Below are positions 30,384 to 39,910 of a stretch of DNA of 64,000 nt, one piece after another. Location: the NCBI GenBank assembly GCA_043824255.1, contig JBDRTG010000043.1, positions 68,472 to 132,471 of the forward strand, given 5' to 3'. The position numbers were made by a program, and so were the translations under genes. The first letter of the stretch is position 1; each line of letters starts with the position of its first letter. The notes below the pieces were generated by a model. The model saw nothing but the letters and a program-made list of their open reading frames with translations. It made no database searches and was not told the origin of the DNA. Origin of the DNA: a bacterium. GTDB lineage: Bacteria; JAHJDO01.

Positions 30384-30737
30384 TTAGGTGAGTTCCTCTT
30401 CGGATTTTACAATATCATTAACAGGCACAGTAAACATTATTCCTGTACCCGGTTCTGTAAAATCAATCCCTTCTTCTTTCAAAATTTTCTCTAACTTGGA
30501 AAGAAACTTATCTCCCTCAATCAAAGCAAATATAGTTTTTGACGGAGTTTTTTCTTCTCCCATAAGCTGTCTTAATCCGGCGAATATCGGCACTTCATAC
30601 GCCAAAAACTGGCCCAACCCCATGCTGTCTATAATTGTTGCTCCGCTAACTCCCAGTTCCACAAGAATGGACAGAACATCCTCCAGGTGCTTTTCCTTAT
30701 TTAAAACAATGAATAAAAGTTTCGTCCCGTTCGACAT
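30384..30737 (-). CDS. PII-like (GlnB-fold) small regulatory protein
   Basis: GVSGATIIDSMG, PIFAGLR, GTGIMFTVPV; GGAGGAG RBS. Confidence 0.75.
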   Translation of the reverse strand: MSNGTKLLFIVLNKEKHLEDVLSILVELGVSGATIIDSMGLGQFLAYEVPIFAGLRQLMGEEKTPSKTIFALIEGDKFLSKLEKILKEEGIDFTEPGTGIMFTVPVNDIVKSEEELT

Positions 30738-30762
30738 ATCATTCTCCTCCCCCAATAAAGCC

Positions 30763-31971
30763 CTAATAACGGCTTGTTTTTTTCTTGCCTATTTCTCCTG
30801 CTTTTGATATTGCAATTTTTGTTGTTATCGGGCCTATTATTTCAAAGAAAATTGTGGTTGCAGCAATTGTATTTATAACAAGGACTGCTAAATGCGCTCC
30901 TGCTTCTCCCAAAGCGCTAAATTCCTTTGTAGCCAGAATAGCAAGCCCTATAGCAACGCCTGCCTGAGACAGAATGCCAAATCCCAGATATTTTTGAATT
31001 ATTGCTGACATTTTCGATATTTTTGCGCCAAAAAAAGCTCCACCTATTAGTCCAACACTTCTACACAGAATATATATCAATCCAATGAGTCCCATTGCCG
31101 GAAGAAGCTTTATCTGAAGATGAGCTCCTGCTATAACAAAAAAGACTATAAATATAGGCGTAGTAATAAAATTAATTGCATCATAAGATCTTTTATTTGC
31201 AAACAGAAATAGATTAGTAAACACCATGCCCATGCTTAAATTTGCCATAATAAGCGAGAAATGCAGATAATTTGATAAACCGCTACAAATTAAAATTCCC
31301 CCTAAAGATACAGCTAATACTTCATGCTTTCTATGCAGCTTTCTTAAAAGATACCCAATAATAATTCCTATCAATCCGCCTAAAAGAATTGAGCCAAATA
31401 TTTCAAATACAGGTCCTTTTACAATCCCGGCAAAAGATATTGAATTACCTGTCAAAAACATCCTTGCAATAGCAGCAGCAAACGCGTAAATCATAATCGC
31501 TAATCCATCATCCAGACCTACAACGGCATATAACATAGATGTTAGAGGCCCTTTTGATTTAAGTTCTTTCAAAACTGCCACAGTACCTGCGGGAGCGCTT
31601 GCTGGAGCCATTGCCCCAAATATAAGGGCTGTAGGTAGGTCATGTGTAAGTAGATATACTCCTAAAAAAACTAATAAAAATGCTCCGAATGATTCTGCAA
31701 GAATAATAACTAAAAGCCCTTTCCCCATTTTTCGCAGCAGCGCTATTCGCATCTCGCTTCCGATTATAAAGGCTACAATGCCCAGAGCTATATCGCTCAA
31801 GACATTCATCTTATCCAATGTTGCAAAGTTTATAATGTTAAAAAATGAACTGCCTAAGAAAAGCCCTGCAAGAAGATAGCCCACTACTGACGGAAGTTTT
31901 ATATAGTTGACAAGTTTACCTATATAAAAGCCGAATATAATTGCCAGCCCTATAAAAAACAATATGTCCAT
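30763..31971 (-). CDS. Cation:proton antiporter (CPA2/Na+/H+ exchanger family)
   Basis: Polytopic membrane protein; LPSVVGYLLAG, APASAPA, GLDD, QAGVAIG. Confidence 0.9.
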   Translation of the reverse strand: MDILFFIGLAIIFGFYIGKLVNYIKLPSVVGYLLAGLFLGSSFFNIINFATLDKMNVLSDIALGIVAFIIGSEMRIALLRKMGKGLLVIILAESFGAFLLVFLGVYLLTHDLPTALIFGAMAPASAPAGTVAVLKELKSKGPLTSMLYAVVGLDDGLAIMIYAFAAAIARMFLTGNSISFAGIVKGPVFEIFGSILLGGLIGIIIGYLLRKLHRKHEVLAVSLGGILICSGLSNYLHFSLIMANLSMGMVFTNLFLFANKRSYDAINFITTPIFIVFFVIAGAHLQIKLLPAMGLIGLIYILCRSVGLIGGAFFGAKISKMSAIIQKYLGFGILSQAGVAIGLAILATKEFSALGEAGAHLAVLVINTIAATTIFFEIIGPITTKIAISKAGEIGKKKTSRY

Positions 31972-31988
31972 ACCAAATTAGGCTGCGT

Positions 31989-32543
31989 TCAGCAGCAATT
32001 ATTAATTTTCCTAAACATACCCGCAAATTTCTGCTTTGGAAATGATCTATCAAATTCCTTGAGCCACTTTATTATATAGTCCTTATCAATCTTTGAGTTT
32101 TTCAAGAGAATATTTTTCACATCTTCAATGTCTTGGGGTCTATGAGCAAAAACTTTGTGAATTATTACGTCTTCAACAGACGCATAAGATACTCTGGTCT
32201 TACCTATTAGTATTTTCTTTGCCCTTTTTATGGCTTCCCTTTCATATGTAGTAAAGGAAAAGATGAAGTCAACCCTTATACCAGTATTTTTGTCCATAGC
32301 GGGCAAGACCATTGTTTTCTTAACAAAAGAGTCTATATTCTCTGGAAGAATCTGAAGTGAAATTTGGTTTATTATAGATAGAATGTCCTGCAACCTCTCA
32401 TTTCCAACACCAAGTGTTATGTCAATATCTCTTGTAAATCGAGGTTCTCCATAAAGAATAACTGCATGTCCGCCTATTATCATGTAAGGAATTTTGTTCG
32501 TACTTAAAACTCGTCCTATTTTTGATATTAATCTTCTGAACAT
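31989..32543 (-). CDS. Nucleotidyltransferase-fold protein
   Basis: IPYMIIGGHAV...PRFTRDID, K..AHRPQDIED. Confidence 0.8.
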   Translation of the reverse strand: MFRRLISKIGRVLSTNKIPYMIIGGHAVILYGEPRFTRDIDITLGVGNERLQDILSIINQISLQILPENIDSFVKKTMVLPAMDKNTGIRVDFIFSFTTYEREAIKRAKKILIGKTRVSYASVEDVIIHKVFAHRPQDIEDVKNILLKNSKIDKDYIIKWLKEFDRSFPKQKFAGMFRKINNCC

Positions 32544-32734
32544 GAATTTAAAACCTTTGCTATCCTTAAGCTAACATCTATGCCTTCCAATGGGTCTTTT
32601 CGTGATAGAACACCAACACTCAGAGCTTCGTGCCACATGGATTCCAATATTCTTAGTGCTTCTTCATAAGTCAATTTTTGTTTTGAGTTAAAATCATCTT
32701 CAAAGCGTCTTAAATATTCAGCATCTTTAATCAT
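32528..32734 (-). CDS. Small partner protein of the nucleotidyltransferase (antitoxin-like)
   Basis: 68 aa, overlaps the NTase start; two-gene TA-like layout. Confidence 0.65.
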   Translation of the reverse strand: MIKDAEYLRRFEDDFNSKQKLTYEEALRILESMWHEALSVGVLSRKDPLEGIDVSLRIAKVLNSCSED

Positions 32735-32762
32735 ATTACTATTAATTCAGCTCTATATTTAG

Positions 32763-33218
32763 TTAGTCCTCAACTTGTCTTATGGCACTCAGTATCTCGC
32801 CTGCGTTTTGCGCTTCCAAAAGCTGCTGTCTGAAAGATTCTTTTTTTAATAGTCTTGTAAGGTGAGCTAAAACCTGAAGGTATTTATTGATATCCTTTTT
32901 TGGAGTGCCCATTAAAAAAACCAGTTTTACAGGTTTGTTATCTATTCCATTAAAATCAACGCCTTGAGAGACCCTTCCAAACGCAATAATAATATTATTC
33001 ACAGCATCTGTTCTGGCATGCGGGATAGCTATTTCATTGCCTATTCCTGTAGCACCCAATTTCTCCCGCTCAAAAACATCCTTTAAAAACATATCAAAAT
33101 CAGTAACATCTTCAGAATCTTTTAATAACTCAGCTAGTTCTCTTATTACACCATCCTTTGTTGTATTTTCTAAAGCTAAACAAATCATTTTTTCTGAGAT
33201 ATGGTCTGATATTCTCAT
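32763..33218 (-). CDS. PTS IIA domain protein (Fru/Ntr type)
   Basis: EREKLGATGIGNEIAIPHAR with the phospho-His; AAGGAG RBS. Confidence 0.92.
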   Translation of the reverse strand: MRISDHISEKMICLALENTTKDGVIRELAELLKDSEDVTDFDMFLKDVFEREKLGATGIGNEIAIPHARTDAVNNIIIAFGRVSQGVDFNGIDNKPVKLVFLMGTPKKDINKYLQVLAHLTRLLKKESFRQQLLEAQNAGEILSAIRQVED

Positions 33219-33289
33219 GTTTAAAATCTCCTTCTTGATTTAAAAATTTCCTATATTCTACTGCAAACTAGTTTTTTGTAAAGCATTTG

Positions 33290-35806
33290 TTACGGCTTAA
33301 CAACAACTGTTGAGGATGCGCTTTTTCTGAAGTATTTTTGTGCAATTTCTTTTATGCTTTCTTTAGTTACAGCCTTTATCCTGCGTTCATATTCATAGAA
33401 ATTTTTGTATCCCAAGTCATACAATTCGCTCATAGCTAGGGAAAAGCAAAGCGCTTTGTTTGACTGATGTGCAATTCTATGTTTCCCTATAAGATTATTC
33501 TTAGCGAGTTCCAACTCGCGATTGCTAACAAAAGCATGTCTAAGTAATTGAATTTCTTCAAACAGGGCTTGTTTAGCCTCTGTGATTTTTTGTGGAATTG
33601 TTCCAGCATAAAACGCATACATCCCAGGGTCAAACCCCTCCCGGGAAAAAGATCCAACATAATATGCCAAACCTCTCTTTTCTCTTATATTCATAATTAG
33701 CCGCGACCCAAGATCAGATAGGATTGCAGTTAATACATCAAATGTGTATCTGTGTGGAGTGTTAGCTGAAATAGTTGGAAATCCTATCATAACAAGAGCC
33801 TGCTCTCCTTGCTTTTTCTTCTCTTCCTCTCTTTGTTCCTGCTGCATTGGTTCAGTTATATTTATCTCTGGAATAAAGTATCTTGCATTAAATCTATTAA
33901 AATACCTGGTGAAAGAATCAAAAATTTTATTGCATTCCATATCTCCTACAATAGTAATGTAGGTATTTTTGGGTATACACATAGTTTTATAAAAATTTAT
34001 GAGACTTAATTTATTTATGTTTAAGAGAGACCTTTCAGTGCCCAGGTTCTGAAACCTGTATGGATGCTTTTTATAGATGGTTTGGCGCATTATATCCATG
34101 CCAAGATTAATTATCTCATCTCTTCTTGCTTTTATTTCAGCCAGAACAATAGATCTTTCCTTTTTTATCTGATCTGGTAAAAATGTTGGATTAATTATTA
34201 CATCAGCTAAGATATCCAATCCATGTACAAAGTTTTCTTTCAATATATCCATTGAAAATCCGAAGCTGTTATCCCCGGAAAATCCGCTAAAGTCTCCGCC
34301 TGTTGCCTCAAATTCTTCTGCAATTTGGAATGCATTCCTATTTTTTGTTCCTTTTTGCATTACGCGCTGCATCAGATTGCAAATACCATTATTACCGTTG
34401 TTTTCATGCCTAATGCCGCCTTTAAATAACGCGCAAACAGAAATAATTGGCGTGGTGTGTTTTTCTATCGCTACAACAGTCATGCCATTTATTTTTTTAG
34501 TTTCTATATTCTGCCTTTTTGCAGACCTTCTTGCTAGACTTATTGTTGCGGGCATTTTTTGTTTTAATGTAATTATAGACATATTATTTTCTACAAGATA
34601 AATTTCAGCAGCCCTTTGAATGTCTCCTAGAGTAATTTTATTTATTTCTTCTACATATTTTTCAGAGAAATACATATCGCCTGTTAAAAACTCATTTACT
34701 ATGACACTTCCTGCTATGCTATCTACTGTTTCCATATGACAATAATGATCAAAAATAACCATTCTCTTTGCTTTAAAAAGATCTTTTTTGGAGAGTCCGT
34801 CTCCTTTAATGAGTTCTATTTGTTTTCTGGTTTCTTTAATTGTTCTTTCAATACTTTCTTCCGCTAAAACATAAGTTATGCCAAAAACTCCTGTATCTTT
34901 TGGAATATGCGAAAAACTTTCTACGGAAGAAACTAATTGCTTTGTCTCAATAAGAGCTTTGTATAAAAACGAACTGTGTCCATGACCAAGTATTATTGAA
35001 AGCACATCAAGAGCATAAGTGTCAGGATGAATAATGCCCGGGATATGAAAGCACATAAACATACGTGGTATATTTACATCTTTCTCTGTATGCAAAATTC
35101 TTTTATTAAGTTGTTTTGGCTCTTCGGGAATAATTGTTGGATTTATAGATTTTCTTTTAAAATCCTTAAGTGCTTTCCTTGCCATTCTCAGCGCGTTCTC
35201 ATGAGTAATATCTCCTGCAATAGCAAGTATCATGTTATTTGGAACATACATCCTTTTATAATATGCAATTAAATCTTCTCTTGATAAGCTCTCAAACAGT
35301 TCTCTGTGTCCTATTATTGGCTCCTTGTAGGGATGAGTCTTATACATTGTTTCCCATGCCAGTTTCTGCAAAAGAGTTTCAGGTTCGTCTATACACATAT
35401 TTATTTCTTTAAGAATAACCTGATTTTCTTTTTTGCATTCTAAGGTGTCGAATGAGGAGTTCATAATAGCATCTGCCTGAATTTCCAGCGCTTTATCAAG
35501 GGATTTAGAAGGAACAGTAACATGGTAAACTGTCCGGTCATAGGTTGTATATGCATTAAGCACTCCTCCCAGGTTTCTTATTTGGCGGGAGATTTCTCCT
35601 ACTTTTCTTTTTTTTGTGCCTTTGAACAGCATATGCTCAATATAATGAGACACTCCAGATCCCATAAACTCTGCTTCTGTAATACTGCCAGCTTTTACTA
35701 AGATATAGATAGACACTATTGGAACACTATCCTTTTTACATGTAATCACTGTCGTTCCATTTTCTAGAGTATGTTTCTCTAAATCTAACGCATGAGTATT
35801 CTTCAC
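33290..35806 (-). CDS. M16-family zinc peptidase
   Basis: HYIEHMLFKGT inverted zincin, NAYT, duplicated domain, IREKRGLAY. Confidence 0.92.
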   Translation of the reverse strand: MKNTHALDLEKHTLENGTTVITCKKDSVPIVSIYILVKAGSITEAEFMGSGVSHYIEHMLFKGTKKRKVGEISRQIRNLGGVLNAYTTYDRTVYHVTVPSKSLDKALEIQADAIMNSSFDTLECKKENQVILKEINMCIDEPETLLQKLAWETMYKTHPYKEPIIGHRELFESLSREDLIAYYKRMYVPNNMILAIAGDITHENALRMARKALKDFKRKSINPTIIPEEPKQLNKRILHTEKDVNIPRMFMCFHIPGIIHPDTYALDVLSIILGHGHSSFLYKALIETKQLVSSVESFSHIPKDTGVFGITYVLAEESIERTIKETRKQIELIKGDGLSKKDLFKAKRMVIFDHYCHMETVDSIAGSVIVNEFLTGDMYFSEKYVEEINKITLGDIQRAAEIYLVENNMSIITLKQKMPATISLARRSAKRQNIETKKINGMTVVAIEKHTTPIISVCALFKGGIRHENNGNNGICNLMQRVMQKGTKNRNAFQIAEEFEATGGDFSGFSGDNSFGFSMDILKENFVHGLDILADVIINPTFLPDQIKKERSIVLAEIKARRDEIINLGMDIMRQTIYKKHPYRFQNLGTERSLLNINKLSLINFYKTMCIPKNTYITIVGDMECNKIFDSFTRYFNRFNARYFIPEINITEPMQQEQREEEKKKQGEQALVMIGFPTISANTPHRYTFDVLTAILSDLGSRLIMNIREKRGLAYYVGSFSREGFDPGMYAFYAGTIPQKITEAKQALFEEIQLLRHAFVSNRELELAKNNLIGKHRIAHQSNKALCFSLAMSELYDLGYKNFYEYERRIKAVTKESIKEIAQKYFRKSASSTVVVKP

Positions 35807-35818
35807 ATCAATCCTCCT

Positions 35819-36970
35819 CTATTCACATAAAAAAACGCATTTTCGCATAAGCCATTTAAACCTGCTGATTCTATCAATACTTTCCTTGGCAACCACGCTT
35901 GCTTCAGCCATTGTCTTTTTGTCCATTTTTATCAACATGCATCCAATCCTCTGGTCTTTTTCAACAGGAGCTTGTATTCTATTAAACAAGATCTTTTGCA
36001 TGACAATCTTCTTTTTGTCACTTTTTCTTATGACCAATGTTATGTCTTTATTGCTTATGCCATTAATGCATCTTTTGTTCCCCATTATTATAGGAGCATT
36101 CTCAAATACAATATCTCCTTCTTTCACCAAATTCAATTTAGCAAAATTTTTAAACCCCATATCCAAAATTTCTTTTGTTTTATCAAACCGCAGTTTCTTC
36201 GTAGGAGCGCCCATAACTACAGAAATGAGCCTCATGTTGCCTTTTTTTGCAGTAGCAGTGAAGCTCCAGCCTGCCCTTCGGTAATAACCTGTTTTCAACC
36301 CGTCAAGCTCAGGAAATGTTTTAAGAAGCTTGTTCGTATTGGTCAAAATAAACTTGTCATTTCTGAATGTGTCTGTTTTTGTATTAGTCCATTCAAGTAC
36401 TGTTGGATATTTAACAAGTTCTCTTGCCAGAATCACCATGTCATAAGCAGAGGACATGTCTCCGCTATGACCATTCTGGACTTTTGGAAGCCCGTTTGTA
36501 GTTTTGAATATAGTATCGTGCATTTTAAGTTCAGATGCTCTCTTATTCATTAATACAAGAAACTTCTTGGTACTGCCGCTTATATGTTCACTAACAGCAA
36601 CAGCCACGTCACACGCAGATTTTATCATAATGGCTTTCATCATATCTCTTAACGTAAAAACTTCTCCCTCCTTCAGATATACTTGTGAGCCTCCTATCAT
36701 GCTCGCATGTCTTGATACTTTTATTTTATCACTTAGACTAATCTCTCCTTGTTTGACCTTTTCCATAACAATGAGTGCAAGCATCATTTTAACCATTGAA
36801 GCAGGAGGCAATCTTCTGTGTATATTCATGGCAAAGAGTATCTTTCCTGTCTCTGCTTCCATAAGTATTGCTGATTTATATTTTCTCGTAGCAGAATAGG
36901 CTGGGTTTAAGCTGCAGAAGCTCAGGAACAAGAACGCTAAAACTACAGATTTAAAGACTAAATTCTTCAT
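35819..36970 (-). CDS. Serine D-Ala-D-Ala peptidase (S11, Dac family)
   Basis: PASMVK (SxxK), SAC in place of SxN, GLKTGY, PBP5-type C domain; signal peptide. Confidence 0.9.
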   Translation of the reverse strand: MKNLVFKSVVLAFLFLSFCSLNPAYSATRKYKSAILMEAETGKILFAMNIHRRLPPASMVKMMLALIVMEKVKQGEISLSDKIKVSRHASMIGGSQVYLKEGEVFTLRDMMKAIMIKSACDVAVAVSEHISGSTKKFLVLMNKRASELKMHDTIFKTTNGLPKVQNGHSGDMSSAYDMVILARELVKYPTVLEWTNTKTDTFRNDKFILTNTNKLLKTFPELDGLKTGYYRRAGWSFTATAKKGNMRLISVVMGAPTKKLRFDKTKEILDMGFKNFAKLNLVKEGDIVFENAPIIMGNKRCINGISNKDITLVIRKSDKKKIVMQKILFNRIQAPVEKDQRIGCMLIKMDKKTMAEASVVAKESIDRISRFKWLMRKCVFLCE

Positions 36971-36981
36971 ATCGTAATCAC

Positions 36982-38220
36982 CTACCTTGACCAAGCTGGC
37001 TCTAACGCATTATGTTCTGGAGAAGTTAATCTATATTTCTCTCCTGTTATGACATCAATTACTTCCATGTATGATATAAAATTCTTTGTAACACTGTAAA
37101 CAATATGTCTCCCATCGGGAGCCCAAGAAGGATTCTCATGATGATGCGGTTCATATGTCAACTGATAAACTCCATAAGCATCCAAATTTGCTACATAAAT
37201 TTGAAAATTCCCATTTTTCACTGACGTATAAGCAATCTTATTAGAGACTGGGGACCAACATGGGTCAGTGTTGTATGATCCTTCAAATGTGAGTCTGATA
37301 GTTTTATTATCTAATAAATAAGTTATGTATATTTGCGGGGTTCCAGTGCGATCTGAGACAAAGGCTATTTTTTGGTTATCTGGGGACCATGTTGGAGCTG
37401 ATTCTACAGCTCTGGAAGTTGTCAGGCGCTTAAGAAGTAAATCAGGGAAAGAAACTTTATATAATTCCGGATTTCCATCCTTGCTGAGTATTAAGGCTAT
37501 ATTTTTGCCATCATTTGAGACAACAGAGGCTGCATTAACGCCTGGATAACAAATCAAAGCTCCTTTCTTGTGATTCTTCAGATTGCAGGTAAATATTTCA
37601 GGAGACCTATTCTTATATGAGGTGTATGCAATCTTAGTGCAATCAGGGAACCAGCAAGGTTCAATGTTATTATAATTTCCAGAAGTAATTTGCTCTCCGT
37701 TTTCTCCATCATAATCCATTACATATATTTGTTTTATGCCCGCCTTATCAGAAGAAGTATAGGCAATCTTTGAGAATACAATGCTTTTTTCTCCAGTAAC
37801 CTTTTCTATGATATCGCTGGTAACAGTTTTTATTAATAAGCTGGACTGAGGGATTAGCCCTCGATATTTTTTGGCAAATATTTCCTGGTTTGCTGATGGA
37901 GAATATATCTTTGTTATAAGAACAAGTTTCCCCTTTTTTGTTTCATAAGAGCCTTTAATTACTAATTCTGTGTCTTTTAAAACTAGCTTTTGTATGGAAA
38001 AATGCCCGGAGTACTTCAGATGTTTTGACAAATCAGCATAAATTACTTTCTCTAATTCTGTATCAGGCTCGGCTCCTTCAACAGCGAAAGCCTCAATAAA
38101 CAGATTTACTTTTTTTGCAGATTCTTTAGATATGCTTAATTGAACTTCTGAGGAAAAGCATGGATTAGAATAAAATATAGACAAGCACACAAACACAAAG
38201 AGTAAATTTTTAATTTTCAA
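36982..38220 (-). CDS. tolB: TolB-like beta-propeller protein
   Basis: IYVMDYDG, repeated PxWSPDG/PD40 motifs, FVSDRTGTPQIY; follows tolQRA. Confidence 0.88.
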   Translation of the reverse strand: MKIKNLLFVFVCLSIFYSNPCFSSEVQLSISKESAKKVNLFIEAFAVEGAEPDTELEKVIYADLSKHLKYSGHFSIQKLVLKDTELVIKGSYETKKGKLVLITKIYSPSANQEIFAKKYRGLIPQSSLLIKTVTSDIIEKVTGEKSIVFSKIAYTSSDKAGIKQIYVMDYDGENGEQITSGNYNNIEPCWFPDCTKIAYTSYKNRSPEIFTCNLKNHKKGALICYPGVNAASVVSNDGKNIALILSKDGNPELYKVSFPDLLLKRLTTSRAVESAPTWSPDNQKIAFVSDRTGTPQIYITYLLDNKTIRLTFEGSYNTDPCWSPVSNKIAYTSVKNGNFQIYVANLDAYGVYQLTYEPHHHENPSWAPDGRHIVYSVTKNFISYMEVIDVITGEKYRLTSPEHNALEPAWSR

Positions 38221-38640
38221 TTTCTAATTTCCAATGAATTACTAATTTTTGTTATTGTACAAACCCAATTCTTCTTTTAGGTTTTTCTGGCACCGGTGGT
38301 GGTTCTAGCAACTGACTTATAGTTTCAAAGACAATCTTGAACTGCTTATCGTATTTACTTTCCATATCTTTAATCTTTCACTGTAAATCTTTATGAGTTG
38401 CAAGGAGTTCTCTGAGTTTTGCGAGTTCCACCCCAACTTGATGTTCCAAAATGGAATATCAAGAATATCTTTTTCTCAATTCTCTCTTGTAAAACTAGAG
38501 CCGAATTTACCGCATCCTTCTTATTTCCCATAACGCTCTCACCTTCTTTACTCATCATTTTTACGTTTATTATATTTATACTTAAAAATTAAAGCATTAA
38601 AAATTGATTAATAATTGAAAATTTAAAATTAGAAATTTTC
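38210..38640. mobile_element. Heptamer-repeat-bounded element carrying an ORF6N remnant
   Basis: Left end TTAATTTTCAATTTCTAATTTCCAATGAATTACTAA and right end TTAAAAATTAAAGCATTAA...AAAATTAGAAATT both recur at 39368-39496. Confidence 0.65.
38252..38558 (-). pseudogene. ORF6N-domain protein pseudogene
   Basis: Pieces QERIEKKIFLI | FHFGTSSWGGTRK | KLRELLATHKDLQ*...YDKQFKIVF...KPKRRIGF: two internal deletions, a frameshift and a stop. Confidence 0.8.
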
Positions 38641-38643
38641 TTT

Positions 38644-39318
38644 TCATAGTGTTTTAAAAATAATGCTAACATTTAAATATTCTTCTTTCCATTCTGAAGG
38701 AAGAGCAGGTAAAGTTCCTGCTGACTTTATGGCATTTAGTGCTGAATTATCAAGCAATTTCATACCAGAAGAATGCTTTACCTTCACATTGTCTATAATG
38801 CCATTTTTACTAACTGTAAAACTAACTGTAACATATGTACCCTCTTTTGGTATTATATATTCACTCGGAGGTGTCCATGCATTTGATAACTTAGTCTTTA
38901 TTACAGTCAAATACCATAAATAAGGAAATCTCCCTGCGCTGATATGCACATCTTCTTTGCTTATAGACTGTAGGGATTTTGCTGTCTTCTCTTTTTTAAT
39001 AGGAATATGTTTTGCTGAATCAGATTTATCCATAGTTTTAAGTTTTGTAAGTATTTTTGTCCTTAGTTTGCGTGTGTCTAATATCTTTTTCGGCTTTTGA
39101 GTGGTTTTAGGGGGCGAAGATCGCTTTAAAGTTTTAACCGGTTTTTCAACTTGTTCTATATCCGGAGTTAATTGAACGAATTGCGGAACTTCAAGCTTTG
39201 ATGTCTTGTGTTTCACAATTGCAATAAGAACTATTAATAAAATGATGCTTATGTGAACGCTTAGAGATATTAGAAACGCCTTCGTATTCAGCGTGTTAGG
39301 TTTATCGTAAATATTCAC
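38644..39318 (-). CDS. TonB/TolA-family energy transducer
   Basis: N-terminal TM with SLSVH, K/P-rich linker, C-terminal SSG..LLDNSALNAI. Confidence 0.85.
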   Translation of the reverse strand: MNIYDKPNTLNTKAFLISLSVHISIILLIVLIAIVKHKTSKLEVPQFVQLTPDIEQVEKPVKTLKRSSPPKTTQKPKKILDTRKLRTKILTKLKTMDKSDSAKHIPIKKEKTAKSLQSISKEDVHISAGRFPYLWYLTVIKTKLSNAWTPPSEYIIPKEGTYVTVSFTVSKNGIIDNVKVKHSSGMKLLDNSALNAIKSAGTLPALPSEWKEEYLNVSIIFKTL

Positions 39319-39367
39319 AGACCCCCCGTCCTATAAAAAATCCAAAACAAATTTAAAGACTGCATTC

Positions 39368-39496
39368 TTAATTTTCAATTTCCAATGAATTACTAAATTT
39401 TAGAATTTCTATTTATTTCTTTGTGCCTTTTGCAATTAAAAATTAAAGCATTAAATAATTGATTAATAATTTAAAATTCAAAATTAGAAATTGTTC
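39368..39496. repeat. Empty copy of the heptamer-repeat element
   Basis: Same left and right ends as 38210-38640 with only a short filler between them. Confidence 0.7.
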
Positions 39497-39910
39497 TTAA
39501 CGGCGTATATTACGAACTCTGGTTGGAAGGCCAACTCTTGAGATGCCTGACTCTCTGACTATATCAAGGACTTTAATTACTTCACCATACTTAACGGATT
39601 TATCAGCTTTGATTATTACAGATGTATTCTGAGTTGATTCAACAATTATTTTAAGCCGTTTTCTTAAGGATTCATAAGTTACCTTGGTATTATCCAGATA
39701 CAGACTACCATACCTTGATATACTGATTGTAACAGCATCCTTTGAAACATTCATCCTTTCAGATGATGCTTGCGGAAGTTGAACATTGATTCCATGAAGC
39801 ATAATTGGAGTAATCAAAATAAAAACAATTAAAAGAACCATCGTAACATCAACAAGACTTGTAATATTTATCTGGCTGATCGGAGCGTATGAATATAATC
39901 TGCTTTTCAT
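39497..39910 (-). CDS. tolR: TolR/ExbD
   Basis: INITSLVDVTMVLLIVF, IKADKSVKYG. Confidence 0.85.
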   Translation of the reverse strand: MKSRLYSYAPISQINITSLVDVTMVLLIVFILITPIMLHGINVQLPQASSERMNVSKDAVTISISRYGSLYLDNTKVTYESLRKRLKIIVESTQNTSVIIKADKSVKYGEVIKVLDIVRESGISRVGLPTRVRNIRR

